DNA from: Chrysomallon squamiferum
Lineage: Eukaryota; Animalia; Mollusca
Direction of reading: 5' to 3'
Length of the DNA stretch: 64,000 bases
Assembly (NCBI GenBank): GCA_012295275.1
Contig: CM022672.1
Coordinates: 930,001 to 994,000, forward strand
Shown here: positions 1-12,612 of the stretch, piece by piece
How positions within the stretch are numbered: the stretch's first letter is position 1
How the letters are laid out: every line of letters starts with the position of its first letter
The notes under the pieces: model-generated
Databases searched by the model: none
The model's input: the letters and a program-made list of their open reading frames with translations, nothing else
What the model was told of the DNA's origin: nothing
Translations under genes and position numbers: made by a program

Positions 1-439
1 AATGGAATTGAGGAACGGCAAGGCAAATATTGGCTCCTGTTGTGAAATGGAAAGTAACTGGAAGGAAATCTGCTAAGACTGAGACATAAAGTCTTCCTGC
101 GGATTACTGATATTGAATCGGTGTTTGGAGACGGAGTAACAGTCGGTTTGCTTCTCAGCACGTTTAGACTACTCTTCAAAGTGGTAGAGATCAGTAAAAG
201 ATGGAAATGTATTTCATAAGGTTCTGCTGACCGTTGACGTAGCCAGATCACAGCCCAGCTTAACATCTGCGTGACACTCTTACATGACGTAACAGTCGTC
301 AGAGGAAACAACCAATTAGAGAGCTTGAATCTGTTTTTCATCAGGAATGGGCGTTGGCCCCAAAACAAACAATTCATAGATCAATTCGTAGCAGTTTGTA
401 AGCAGTGATCAATGCACACGGATCTTCACACGTCACTAA
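1..439 (+). mobile_element. Degenerate Tc1/mariner transposase C-terminal remnant (truncated at window edge)
   Basis: Interrupted frames read PDHSPA*HLRDTL (cf. Tc1 SPDLNPIEHLWD), then IRELESVFHQEWALAPKQTIHRSIRSSL*AVINAHG and ..TRH* ending at 437-439 (cf. AVIxAxGGHTRY*). Confidence 0.7.
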
Positions 440-1274
440 GTGTCTTTGGTAGTTTTTGGACATCGTGACGGTGCTAGCTACATTTCTGAAACACTGTTTT
501 TCTTTGTTTGTTTGTTGTTGTTGTTGTTGTTGTTGTTTTTTGTTGTTCTTTTAGATTTTATTGTTCCACCTTGTTTTGTGCTGACGGTCATTGTTTTTCA
601 GCCTTCTTTTTTCTGCAGACAGAAATTGTTTTTGAATATCCACGTGACAACCGTATATATGACTTGTTATCTACTGAGGATTTCTAATAAAGATCTCTAT
701 TCGATTTTTTTGTTCTTTTGTATAAATCTTTTATGGTTATACTAACATCACATTTCAAATTTGAATAACATTGCATGCAGACAGACACATACGCATACAC
801 CATTATAAACAATATTTTGTACGAAGATGTAACTCGTTGATTCTGCTTTGCGACTTCCAATTTCTTTTTCTTAAACATAAATATATATATATATATATAT
901 TCTTAATATGAAAATATTTTAGGTTATTGTCTCTCATTTGATTATCGACTCCTGTAATTAGTTACAAGCTGATTGATTTTCTGTCATTGTAAATGTTATA
1001 AACACACTGCAATCGTTTCTGATTGGAAGATGTGCTCTGTACTTTACGCAAGAGAGTGGAGTTTAAAGCAGCCTCTAATAGAAATTAAAACTGTTTGGTA
1101 TTCAGAGAATCTGTTTATTTGAATTTAGAAATATCTTAAAAGTATTTGTCAGTTACAATTGTTAAAAAGTAATAAATAAATAATAAAATAAAATTTGTAT
1201 GTCAAAGCTGTCAAAATAATAAAGAACAATTCGTTTGGAAGCATCCTGCGATATACTCATGTAAAACAGCAGAC

Positions 1275-2222
1275 ATGTCTAACAACAGTTCGCAGATAAA
1301 CAGTGGCGAGTTACTTAACACAAGCTCTATTCAGATTATCTTGGTTCTCCAAGCGATCGCTGTTCCAGTTATTGTGTGTGGAAATGTTCTCATCATTGTG
1401 GCAGTCCTCCGTTACAAAAACATGAGATACGCCAGCAACATTATGATAATGTCGCTCGCCTTCGCAGACATGTTGATGGGTGGCGTGTATCTACCACTGA
1501 AGATTTTGCTCACGGTTCGAAACGATCTTTTCTCTGAAAGGACTTCGTGTCTCGCTAATGCTTTCTTGACTTTGTTTTCTGTGGGTTGTGCCATGAATTT
1601 TCTGTCACTGATTTCCATTGAAAGATTCTACGCCGTTCAGTTCCCATTTCACTACCATTCCCACATGACAGTTACTCGCAGTTTGATTTACAGTGGACTG
1701 ACTTTCACCATCACCTTATCAATGGCATTGCCAAGTCTGTTTGGCATCGACACTTGGAGTCCTGGAATATTCTGCTTCACCGTTAAAATCATGCCACTTA
1801 ATTACATCTGGGGTGCTGCGGCAATCATTTTCCTGTGGTCGCTTGCTGGATTTTTCGCCTTCTTGCGGGTCATGGTGGCGGAGATCAGTGTGAGAATTCG
1901 CGACCAGTCCAGAAACATGACGGAGACGAGGAAACAGGACTCAGTGAAATCTACTTTGATGTTGACTGTTTATGTTTTCTCCATCATATGTTGGCTTCCT
2001 CAGGTAGCCTGCACGACTATCTCTGTGTTCGATCCTGGAAAGATTTCAGTCGTTGGTTTAATGTATGTGGGCTTCCTCGGCATCTGCAGCTCGGGAATTA
2101 ACTGTTTCATCTACGGAATAAAACACAGCAAATTCCGTGCTGCTTTCAGGAACATATTTGGATGCAAGAGTGCCTCTGTTGACGTGGAATCTGAAATGAA
2201 CACAGTCCACACTACAGCTTAG
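1275..2222 (+). CDS. Intronless orphan rhodopsin-class (class A) GPCR, copy 1, 315 aa
   Basis: Seven hydrophobic segments with GN (TM1), LAFAD (TM2), Cys3.25 and ISIERF (TM3), an ECL2 Cys, CWLP (TM6), NCFIY (TM7) and helix 8 KFRAAF. N-terminal N-glycosylation sequons. Confidence 0.95.
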   Translation: MSNNSSQINSGELLNTSSIQIILVLQAIAVPVIVCGNVLIIVAVLRYKNMRYASNIMIMSLAFADMLMGGVYLPLKILLTVRNDLFSERTSCLANAFLTLFSVGCAMNFLSLISIERFYAVQFPFHYHSHMTVTRSLIYSGLTFTITLSMALPSLFGIDTWSPGIFCFTVKIMPLNYIWGAAAIIFLWSLAGFFAFLRVMVAEISVRIRDQSRNMTETRKQDSVKSTLMLTVYVFSIICWLPQVACTTISVFDPGKISVVGLMYVGFLGICSSGINCFIYGIKHSKFRAAFRNIFGCKSASVDVESEMNTVHTTA

Positions 2223-3431
2223 ACGAAACCAGTTAACCTGACCTGAATTTGACAATGAAACTGTTTTAAAGATTTTTAGTCATATTTTTTAAATAGATAG
2301 GATTTGTTTTTAAAAGAAAACTTCAGAAATGATTTTGCTGATGTGAGAAAAGCAAGTAAAATATAAATACGGTAAAATATAATATTGTTAAAGAAAACAA
2401 ATATTTAAATTATAAATGTGAATATAACAGTTTTGTGGTCAAACATTTTCATTTCTCTCTATTTTTTTTTTTTTTCATTCTTTCTTCCCCTTTATATTTT
2501 ATTTTATTTTATTTTATTTTATTTTATTTTTTATTTTATTTTATTTTTGTTTTGTTTTTTGTCTTCCATGTTGAATTCTGTTGTAATATAAAGATTAATA
2601 TAAGATACTGTAGTAAAATAGGATTAATTTAATTAATAGGTAAAAGTTTGTCGTGATGGAGGACATATATTAATAATCACTTATTTAATAGTATACGTTC
2701 TTTTATTTTAATTGTAATCCTTAACGGAAATGGCTATATTCTGCACATTATTAATACCTGTATATTTACGTAACATATTTTATTTTTCGGAAATGATGTG
2801 AGTGAGTGTGTTTGTGACTGTGAGGGGGAGAAGGGTACGTAGAATCCTGGAAAGATTCTGGGGCTGGGCTGTGCCTGTTAACATGACATATCTGAAACAG
2901 TTTTTGACGGTAACTAAATCATTCTGATAATATCTATATGCTACACGGATCCTCTGACAAAAGAATCTTCAGATGCTAGACAATTGCTGCTGTCTGAATC
3001 AAACGGGAAGTGAGTAAAGCTATTTTGTAGATTTTAATTTGTGTTGCTGGTTTCATACATTTCTATGTTATCTACTCCCGTCACTTCTTAATGAACGCAC
3101 GTGCTAAAAAAATGTCCTTACATCAGAGGTCAACATTCTTGAACTGTAGGTCAAGAAGACGTTGTCAAAGGTCATTTGTACTCACAGCGTTACCTCAGTC
3201 GATGGAGAGGTTCTCTGTGTAGTATGCAGTAGAAACCTTCTGTGACACCACGAAGTTTTTGTAGTAATTACAATGAAAACGAAATATAATATTTACTTAT
3301 AATAAACTCGTTAAATAACAAAAATTCATTCACTGCTTTCTTTTAACTGTGTCAATGAACACCTTATGTCTTACTGTTACACCTATTTAAATAATAATAA
3401 TAACAATAATAATGATAATAACAATGTCAAT

Positions 3432-3464
<33 letters not shown>

Positions 3465-3509
3465 AATAATAATAATAATAATCGAAAGAGTGAGAGTGAG
3501 AGAGAAAGA

Positions 3510-3905
3510 AAAAAATCCATTATTAAAACCCTTTCAACTTCATTGCCGCACTCAGTTTAAGAGAGTGGAAATACAGTTTTAGCATGCATTAACCGGAATA
3601 CTTGAGATAGAAAGTAGCTCAGATTCCGGAATCTTTTCGATTTTAAAATAAAATGAAGGAAAAGATTCAAGTCTACAAATAAATTATCCTGTTTTTGTTA
3701 CATATTATTAACACTCCTGAACATTTTAATTTTTCTTATTAAGAAGGTATGATGACTCCATACAGATATAATGATATTCATAAATTTCATATGTGTGTGT
3801 GCTGCCAAACACAATATATTATAGGAAGATCAAAGTTGTTTCTACTTCGTAAAATCTGATTTTTTAGGTGCTTCTTTTTTTACCTTTGTTCTTATTTTTT
3901 TTTTT

Positions 3906-3936
<31 letters not shown>

Positions 3937-4828
3937 CGATACTGAAAAGTTTAACTCAGTGTTTTATGTTTAATTAGTGCCACTCGGTCGTTTGTTTCTT
4001 AATTTGTAAACTCAGATTGATTTTTATGTCAGTGTAGATACTTCAAAGAGACTGTAATCGTCTTCTGATTGAATTGTTTGTCAACTGCTCTATTACTTTA
4101 CGCCAGACGTAACAGTGTAAAATAATTTCTGTGTTTAAAGAGCCAGCTTAATGAATTTGTAAATATTTATTTCTTAGAGTTTAAAAGTATTCGTGAGTTA
4201 CGATTGTTGTAAAATAAATAAACAAAAAAATAAACCAAAAAAAAGAAAATATTTGTCTATCAGACTTGTTAAAAATAATAATTAACAGCTTGTGCAGAAG
4301 AAACCTGTCTACTGTTAGACCTGTCTTGAAACAAACAAAACTGCACATCATTGCCACACCCAGTTTAAAACAGTCGAGTAAAGGTCGAGCGTCGATTATC
4401 AGTAATATTTGAGACCGGAATCATTCGGGTTTTGAAATAAGACGAGGAAAAGATTCAAGTCTGAACAGTTAAATCATTTATGTTTGTTATATAAATTAAA
4501 CAGTGAGATATTCTCAGCAATACTCTAAAAAAACAAATGTTTGTGACAATGAAAGAAAAAGAAAAGTTATATAAATTATTTCTATGTTGGCTGGTAAGAG
4601 AAAGGTCTCAGATTTGTGCATTTCTGATAAAAGATTGTCAGGTTGCTTACTTGTACATTTTATTGTCATTTTTATGCTGACATTACATGACTGACTCATT
4701 GATGTTGTTTGAAATAAATAAAATAAACGGGATTTTTTCTAATTTTCTCTATGTGACCAGATAACAACATCCGTACATGATGCTGGATATAGCAGTCGCT
4801 AACACAATACTTTTAGGAATTATGCAGC

Positions 4829-4862
<34 letters not shown>

Positions 4863-5510
4863 GTTGTTGTTGTTTTTGTTTTTCTTGTTGCCACTGTTGT
4901 TGTTAGTAATAATAATAATTATAAATAAATGATTTAATTAACACAATAAAAAAAAACAAAATAGAAAACACTTTGATTCGTTTATCAATAAGCCGGGTAT
5001 CTCTTAAATATAATTAAACGTATAAAGAAACAGAAATAAATAAATAAATAAAACAAGTAAAATATTTGAAAGTACGCACTCGTATCTTTTATCCACTTAT
5101 AGTACCGCGTTTTGACCTCTAATAAATATAGAATATATAACAGAGCTCGACCTCGAAGAGAAAAGGTCGCACTGAAGTTTCTTGAGCAGTAAGAGAGAGA
5201 GAAGAAAAAACATCAATAAAACCCTTCAACATCAATGCCGCATCCAGTTTAAGAGAGTGGAAATACAGTTTTAGCATGCATTAACCGGAATACTTGAGAT
5301 AGAAAGTAGCTCAGATTTAGGAATCTTTCCGATTTTAAAATAAGATGAAGGAAAAGATTCAAGACTACAAACAAATTATTCTGTTTTTGTTACATATTAT
5401 TAACACACCTGAACATTTCATTTTTTTTTTCTTATTAAGAAGATAAGATGACTTCATATGGAGATAATGTTTTTGATATTCATTAATTTCTCATTAAACC
5501 AACACTAATC

Positions 5511-5566
<56 letters not shown>

Positions 5567-6300
5567 GGCAAGGCCAAAAACAGTATATTACAGGAAGATC
5601 ACAGTTGTTTCTATTTCGTGACTTCTAATTAGTTCCGTGCTTCTTTCTCCTTTTTTTTCTTATTATTCTTTACTTTCTCGATACTGAAGAGTTTAACTCA
5701 GTGTTTTATGTTTAATTAGTGCTACTCGGTCGTTTGTTCCTGTAATTTCTATAACTCAGATTGATTTGTATGTCAGTGTAGATACTTCAAAGAGATTGTA
5801 TCTTCTGATTGGATCTTTTGTCAGCTGCTCTATTACTTTACGCCAGACGTACCAGTGTAAAATAATTTCTTTGTTAGAAACTAAGACTGTTTGTTGTTTA
5901 AAGAACCTGCTTAATGAATTTGTAAATATTTATTTCTTAGAGTTTAAAAGTATTCGTGAGTTACCATTGTTGTAAAATAAATAAATAAATAAATAAGAAA
6001 ATAATAAAATATTTTTGTATCAGAACTGTTAAAAATAATAACTAACAGCTTGTTTCTGATAAAAGATCGTCAGGTTGCTTACTTGTACATTTTATTGTCA
6101 TTTTTATGCTGGTATTACGTCACTGATTCATTGATGTTGTTTGAAATAAATAAAACAGATGAGATTATTTTTAGTTTTCTCTGTGTGATTGGACTTCCGT
6201 ACATAAAACTGCATACAGCAGTCGACAAAAGATAGCTTTAGGAATATGCGGCCATTATTTTCGTTTTTATTACCATAGTTTTGTTGTTAAAAATAATAAT
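3510..6300 (+). repeat. Internal ~1.1-1.4 kb direct duplication within unit 1 (about 3510-4850 vs 5205-6300; homologous to 9705-11230)
   Basis: Shared blocks such as cagtttaagagagtggaaatacagttttagcatgcattaaccggaatacttgagatagaaagtagctcag at ~3553, 5245 and 9746, and tcagtgtagatacttcaaagaga at 4029, 5773 and 10272. Confidence 0.85.
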
Positions 6301-7615
6301 AATAAATGTATGATATAATTAATACAATATAAGAAAAAGCTAAGTGTGTCAGTACTGTCAGATTTACAATACAAAATAAAAATAATTATAATAATAATTT
6401 GATTCGTTTATCTATAAGCCAGGTATATAAAGAAGAAAAAGAAAAAAGAAATATAGAAACAAGGAAACAGAAATAAATGATAAAATAAAAGTATTTATAA
6501 ATAAACGAATAAATTAATGAATAAAACTATTAATAAAAAATAAATAACTGAATAAATAAGTAACATATTTAGAAAATTACTCAGATTAGACTTTAATGTT
6601 GTGATATATCTCATCAAAGTAGTGTTTTATTCCATCAGGTGTCTTTGATCAGAAATCACAAATGTAAATCATTCCAAATGAACGTAGTTCTTCACATCAA
6701 TAATAAACTACCCTGGGTTTTTTGTTGTTGATTTTTCTGGTTGTTGTTGTTGTTGTTGTTGTTTTTGGACATCGTGACAATGCTAGGTACCTTTCTGAAA
6801 CATTGGTATTTCTTTTTTACTTTTTTTACTTCTTTTTTTTTTAATTATTATTTTAATTTGTTTTGCGCTGATGGTCCTTGTTTTTCAGCTTTCTTTTTTC
6901 TGAAGACAGAATTTGTTTTCAAATATCCACGTGACAACCGTCAATACGAAACAATCAATCACATGTTATCTACTGTAGAGTTCTAATAAACATCTTTACT
7001 CCATTGTGCTGTTGCATTGTGCAAATCTGTTATCGTTATACTAAGGTGACTTTTCAGATGTGAATAATGCTGCACACACACACGTACACACACATGGTTA
7101 AAAACAATATCTTCTTGATTCTGCTTCGCGACTTCCAATTTCTTTTTTTCTTTAATTATATATATTTTCTTAATATGAAAATATTTTACGTCATTGACTC
7201 GTTTAATTATCGGCTCCTGCAATTAGCAGCAAGATGATTGATTTTCTGTCATAAACACACTGCAATCGTTTCTGGTTGGAAGATTGCGCAAGAGAGTGGA
7301 GTTTAAAACAGTCTCTGTTAGAAATTAAAACTGTTTGTTATTGAGAGAACCCATATATTTGAATAAAGAAATATTCATTTCTCGGAATTACTTAAAAATG
7401 TTTATGAGGTACAATTGCACAAAAGTAATAAATATATATAATTTGAATTTTTTTTTTATGTCTGAACTGTTAAAAATAATGAAGAACAATTTGTTTGAAA
7501 GCAACCTGCGATATTTTCATCTAAAACAGGAGATTATATTTTCATGTCAAACATCAGAGAAGTTTATTTTTATCTAAAATTGCAGAGAATTATATTGTCA
7601 TGTAAAACAGCAGAC

Positions 7616-8563
7616 ATGTCTAACAACAATTCGCAGATAAACAGTGGCGAGTTACTTAAAACAAGCTCTATTCAGATTCTCTTGGCTCTCCAAGCGATCG
7701 CTGTTCCAGTCATTGTGTGTGGAAATGTTCTCATCATTGTGGCAGTCCTCCGTTACAAAAACATGAGATACGCCAGCAACATGATGATTATGTGGCTCGC
7801 CTTCGCAGACATGTTGATGGGTGGCGTGTATCTACCACTGAAGATTTTGCTCACGGTTCGAAACGATCTTTTCTCTGAAAGGACGTCGTGTCTCGCTAAT
7901 GCTTTCTTGACTTTGTTTTCTGTGGGTTGTGCCATGAATTTTCTGTCACTGATTTCCATTGAAAGATTCTACGCCGTTCAGTTCCCGTTTCACTACCATT
8001 CCCACATGACAGTTACTCGCAGTTTGATTTACAGTGGACTGACTTTCGCCATCACCTTATCAATGGCATTACCAAGTCTGTTTGGCATCGACACTTGGAG
8101 TCCTGGAATATTCTGCTTCACCGTTAAAATCATGCCACTTAATTACATCTGGGGTGCTGCGGCAATCATTTTCCTGTGGTCGCTTGCTGGATTTTTGGCT
8201 TTCTTGCGGGTCATGGTGGCGGAGATCAGTGTGAGAATTCGCGACCAGTCCAGAAACATGACGGAGACGAGGAAACAGGACTCAGTGAAATCTACTTTGA
8301 TGTTGACAGTTTATGTTTTCTCTATGATGTGTTGGCTTCCTCAGGTAGCCTGCACGTGCCTCTCTGTGTTCGATCCTGACAAGCTTACATTTGTTAGTTT
8401 AGCGTATGTGGGTTTCCTCGGTATCTGCAGCTCGGGAATTAACTGTTTCATCTACGGAATAAAACACAGCAAATTCCGTGCTGCTTTCAGGAACATATTT
8501 GGCTGCAAGAGTGCCTCTGTCCACGTGGAATCTGAAATGAGCACAGTCCACACTACAGCTTAG
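7616..8563 (+). CDS. Intronless orphan rhodopsin-class GPCR, copy 2, 315 aa (possible 24-aa extension from ATG 7544)
   Basis: Near-identical to copy 1. ATG 7616 sits in the same aaaacagcagacATG context as copies 1 and 3. Confidence 0.95.
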   Translation: MSNNNSQINSGELLKTSSIQILLALQAIAVPVIVCGNVLIIVAVLRYKNMRYASNMMIMWLAFADMLMGGVYLPLKILLTVRNDLFSERTSCLANAFLTLFSVGCAMNFLSLISIERFYAVQFPFHYHSHMTVTRSLIYSGLTFAITLSMALPSLFGIDTWSPGIFCFTVKIMPLNYIWGAAAIIFLWSLAGFLAFLRVMVAEISVRIRDQSRNMTETRKQDSVKSTLMLTVYVFSMMCWLPQVACTCLSVFDPDKLTFVSLAYVGFLGICSSGINCFIYGIKHSKFRAAFRNIFGCKSASVHVESEMSTVHTTA

Positions 8564-10478
8564 ACGAAACCAGTGAACCTGACCTGAATTTGACAATGAA
8601 ACTGTTTTAAAGATTTTAGTCATATTTTTTTAAATAGCCAGGATTTTTTTATTAAATAGTCTTGTTTAAAGCAAAATTTGGAAATGATTCAGCTGATGTG
8701 AGAAAAGCAAGTAAATTATAGATACGGTAAAATATAATATTGTTAAAAAAAAATATATATATATATTTCAGTTATAAATGAGAATATAACAGTTATGTGG
8801 ACAAACATATTCATTTCTCTGTTTCTTTTTCGTTTCTTCCCTGATAAATTCTATTATAATATAAGTATTAATATTACACATTGTAATTAACAGGTAAAAA
8901 TGTATCGTGATGGAAGACATATATATCAATAGTCACTTATTTAATTGTATACATTTATTTATTTATTTTAATTGTAATCCTTTACGGAAATGGCTAAATT
9001 TTAGCTCATTATTAATATTCAATTTTTATGCAACATATTTCTTTGTTGGGAAATAGACAAATGATGTGTGACTGTGTGTCTGTGTCTGTTTATGTGTGTG
9101 TCTCTTTTGGTGTATGTTTCTGATGGGCTGTGTGAAAACCTGGAAAGATTCTGTTAAAGTGACATATCTGATTTGTGACGGTAATTAACTGTTATGATAT
9201 CTATATGCTACGCTCTGATAAAAAAAATAAAAAAAATAAAAACAAATCTTCAAATGCGAGACAAGTACTGCTGTCTGAATTAGACGGAAAGCCAGTAAAA
9301 CTATTTTGTAGATTTTAATTTGTGTTGCTGGTTTCATACATTTCTATGTTATCTACTGCAGCCACTTTTTAATGAACGCGTGTGTTAATGAATTTCCTTA
9401 CACCAGAGGTCAATACACTTTAACTATAGGTCAAAAAGACGTTGTCAAAGGTCATTTGTACTCATAGCGTTACCGCGGTCAGTGGGGACGTGTTCTGCGT
9501 GCGGTACGCAGTAGATATCCTCTGTGACACAACGAAGTTTTTGTATTTATTACAATAAAAAAGAAATATAATGTTCACTTATAATAAACTCGTCAAATAA
9601 CAAAAATTCATTCACTGCTTTCTTTTAACACCTTATATGATGTCTTACTGTTACACCTATTTAAATAATCATAATCATAATAATAAAAAGAGTGAGAGAG
9701 AGAGAAAAAACCATCAATAAAACCCTTCAGCTTCATTGCCGCATCCAGTTTAAGAGAGTGGATATACAGTTTTAGCTTGCATTAACCGGAATACATGAGA
9801 TAGAAAGTAGCTCAGATTCCGGAATCTTTCCGATTTTGAAATAAGATGAAGCAGACAAAGAAACAAAAATGGGTCTACAAACAAATTATCCTGATTTTGT
9901 TACATATTATTAATTCAAGTGGACATTTTTTTTTTTTTTTTTTTTTTTTTTGTTAAGAAGACATAATGACTCGATACGGAGATAATGTTTTTCGTTTTCA
10001 TTAATTTATTTTTTCCCACTAAATCAAGTAATGCCAACAGATGCACAAACGTATACCATGCTAAAAAAATATATTACAGGACGATCAAACTTGATGTTTC
10101 TACTTAGTGACATCTAATATTTTAGGCGATTCTTTTTTCTCTTCTTTTACTTTCATCTTATTATTCTTTACTTTCTCGATACTGATGTAGTTTACCTCAG
10201 TGTTTTATGTTTAATTAGTGCTACTCGGTCGTTTGTTCCTGTAATTTCTATAACTCAGATTGATTTTTATGTCAGTGTAGATACTTCAAAGAGATTGTAA
10301 TCCTCTTCTGATTGGATCTTTTGTCAACTGCTCTATTACTTTACGCCAGACGTACCAGTGTAAAATAATTTCTTTGTTAGAAACTAAGACTGTTTGTTGT
10401 TTAAAGAACCTGCTTAATGAATTTGTAAATATTTATTTCTTAGATATTTAAAAGTATTCGTGAGTTACCATTGTTGTA

Positions 10479-10509
<31 letters not shown>

Positions 10510-12612
10510 AAAATATTTTGTGTATCGAAATTGTTAAAAATAATAACGAAGAAACGTATCTACTGTTAGACCTATCTCAACACAAAGAAACTGAATAAAT
10601 AATAATAATAAAAATACAATAAAAATAATAAAAAGCAATAAAAGAAAAGAAAACGAAGGAAAGAAACAAACAAAAAAATAAATTAATTAATTAATTAAAA
10701 AATAGCACTGCACGACATTGCCATACACAGTTTACTAGAGTTGAAATGTAGGTCGAGCATCCATTATCCGTAATATCTGAGACCGGAAGTAGCTCCGATT
10801 TCGGAATCATCCGGTTTTGAAATAAGACGAGGAAAAGATTCAAGTCTAAATAGTAAAATTATTTATGTTTATTATATGAATTAAACACAGTTAGATATTC
10901 TCAGCAATTCTCTACAATGAAACAAAAATAAAGTTTATATCAATTATTTCTACCTTGGCTGGTTAGAGAAAGGTCTCAGATTAGTGCATTTCTGATAAAA
11001 GATTGTCAGGTTGCTTACTTGTACATTTTATTGACATTTTTATGCTGATATTATATGGTTTGAAATAAATAAAATAGATGAGATTATTTTAGTTTTCTTT
11101 ATGTGATCAGATTTCAACATCCGTACATGACTGTATACAGCAGTCGTCAACAGATACCTCTAAGAACATGAAGCTATTGTTACTGTAGTTATTACTATTG
11201 TTTTTAATAATAATAATAAATGTATGATTTAATTAAGACAATATAAGAAAAAGCTATGTGTGTCAGTACTGTCAGATTTACAATAACAAAAAAAAAAATA
11301 ATAATAATAATTTGATTCGTTTATCTGTAAGCCGGGTATCTCTTAAATGTAATTAAACATATAGAACTGAAAAAGAAAAAAGAAATATAGAAACAAGGAA
11401 ACAGAATTAAATGAATGATTAAAAGTATTAATAAATAAATGAATAAATAAGTAAAATATTTGGAAAAGTGCATTAATTACTCAGATTAGACTTTAATGAT
11501 CATGTCAAAGTTTTGATATATCACATCAAAGTAGAGTTTTATTTCATCAGCTGTCTCTGATCAGAAATCACAAATGTAAATCCTTCCAAATGAACGTAGT
11601 TCTTCGCATTAAAAATAAATTATCTTGTTTTTACATCTTATAACAGTTTAACTTTTTTCATTAAAGATTTTAGTACAGTGATAATATTCTTGTATTTTAT
11701 GTCTCTATGCAGAGATAATATTTTTTTTTATCTACAAAAAAATATTCTCATTAAATAAACATTAACACACACACACACACACACATAAACACAGGTATTT
11801 TAATACAAAGATTCATACGTACGTTATTATATACATATATTTATTAAATTATGCGCCAGCTAAATCATAAATTTTTAAACAATGTTTTGGCTTGAAAGAA
11901 AAATAAAAAAAATAAACTGTGTTACAGGCAAACATTCGTGTACGTTTCAGTATTCCTATTGATAGTCAAAGTTTTTCAGCCTTCTTTTTTCAGATACTAA
12001 TTTCAAATATCAACGTGACAACTGTAAAAACGATAAAATCAATCACTTGTCATCTACTGTGGATTTCTAACAACGATCTCTATTCGACTGTGTTGTTGTT
12101 TTGTATAAATGTTTTACCGTTATGTTAACATGACTTTTCAAATTTGAATAACGTTGGACACACTGAGTGGCACTTATTACTAAGCGCGCACACACACACA
12201 CAGTTAAAAACAATATTTTGTATCAAGATCTATGTTGTTGATTCTGATTATTGTTTCTCGTTTCATTATCGACTCGTGTAATTAGTAGTAAGCTGACTTA
12301 TTTTCTATGATTGTAGATATTATAACCAAACTGCAATCGTTTCTGACTGGAAGATGTGCTCTGTATTTTACACAAGAGAGTGGAGTCAAAACCAGTCTCT
12401 GTTAGAAATTAAAACTGTTTGAGAATCTGCTAATTTGAATTGAAAAATATTTGTTACGTGGAATTACTTAAAAGTATTTGTCAGTTACAGTTGTTAAAAA
12501 GTAATAAATAAATAAGAAAAGAAAAGAAAAACGTGTGTCAGAACTATTAAAAATCTTAAAGAACAGGTTTTTTTAGAGCAACGTGAGTATATTTTAATGT
12601 AAAACAGCAGAC

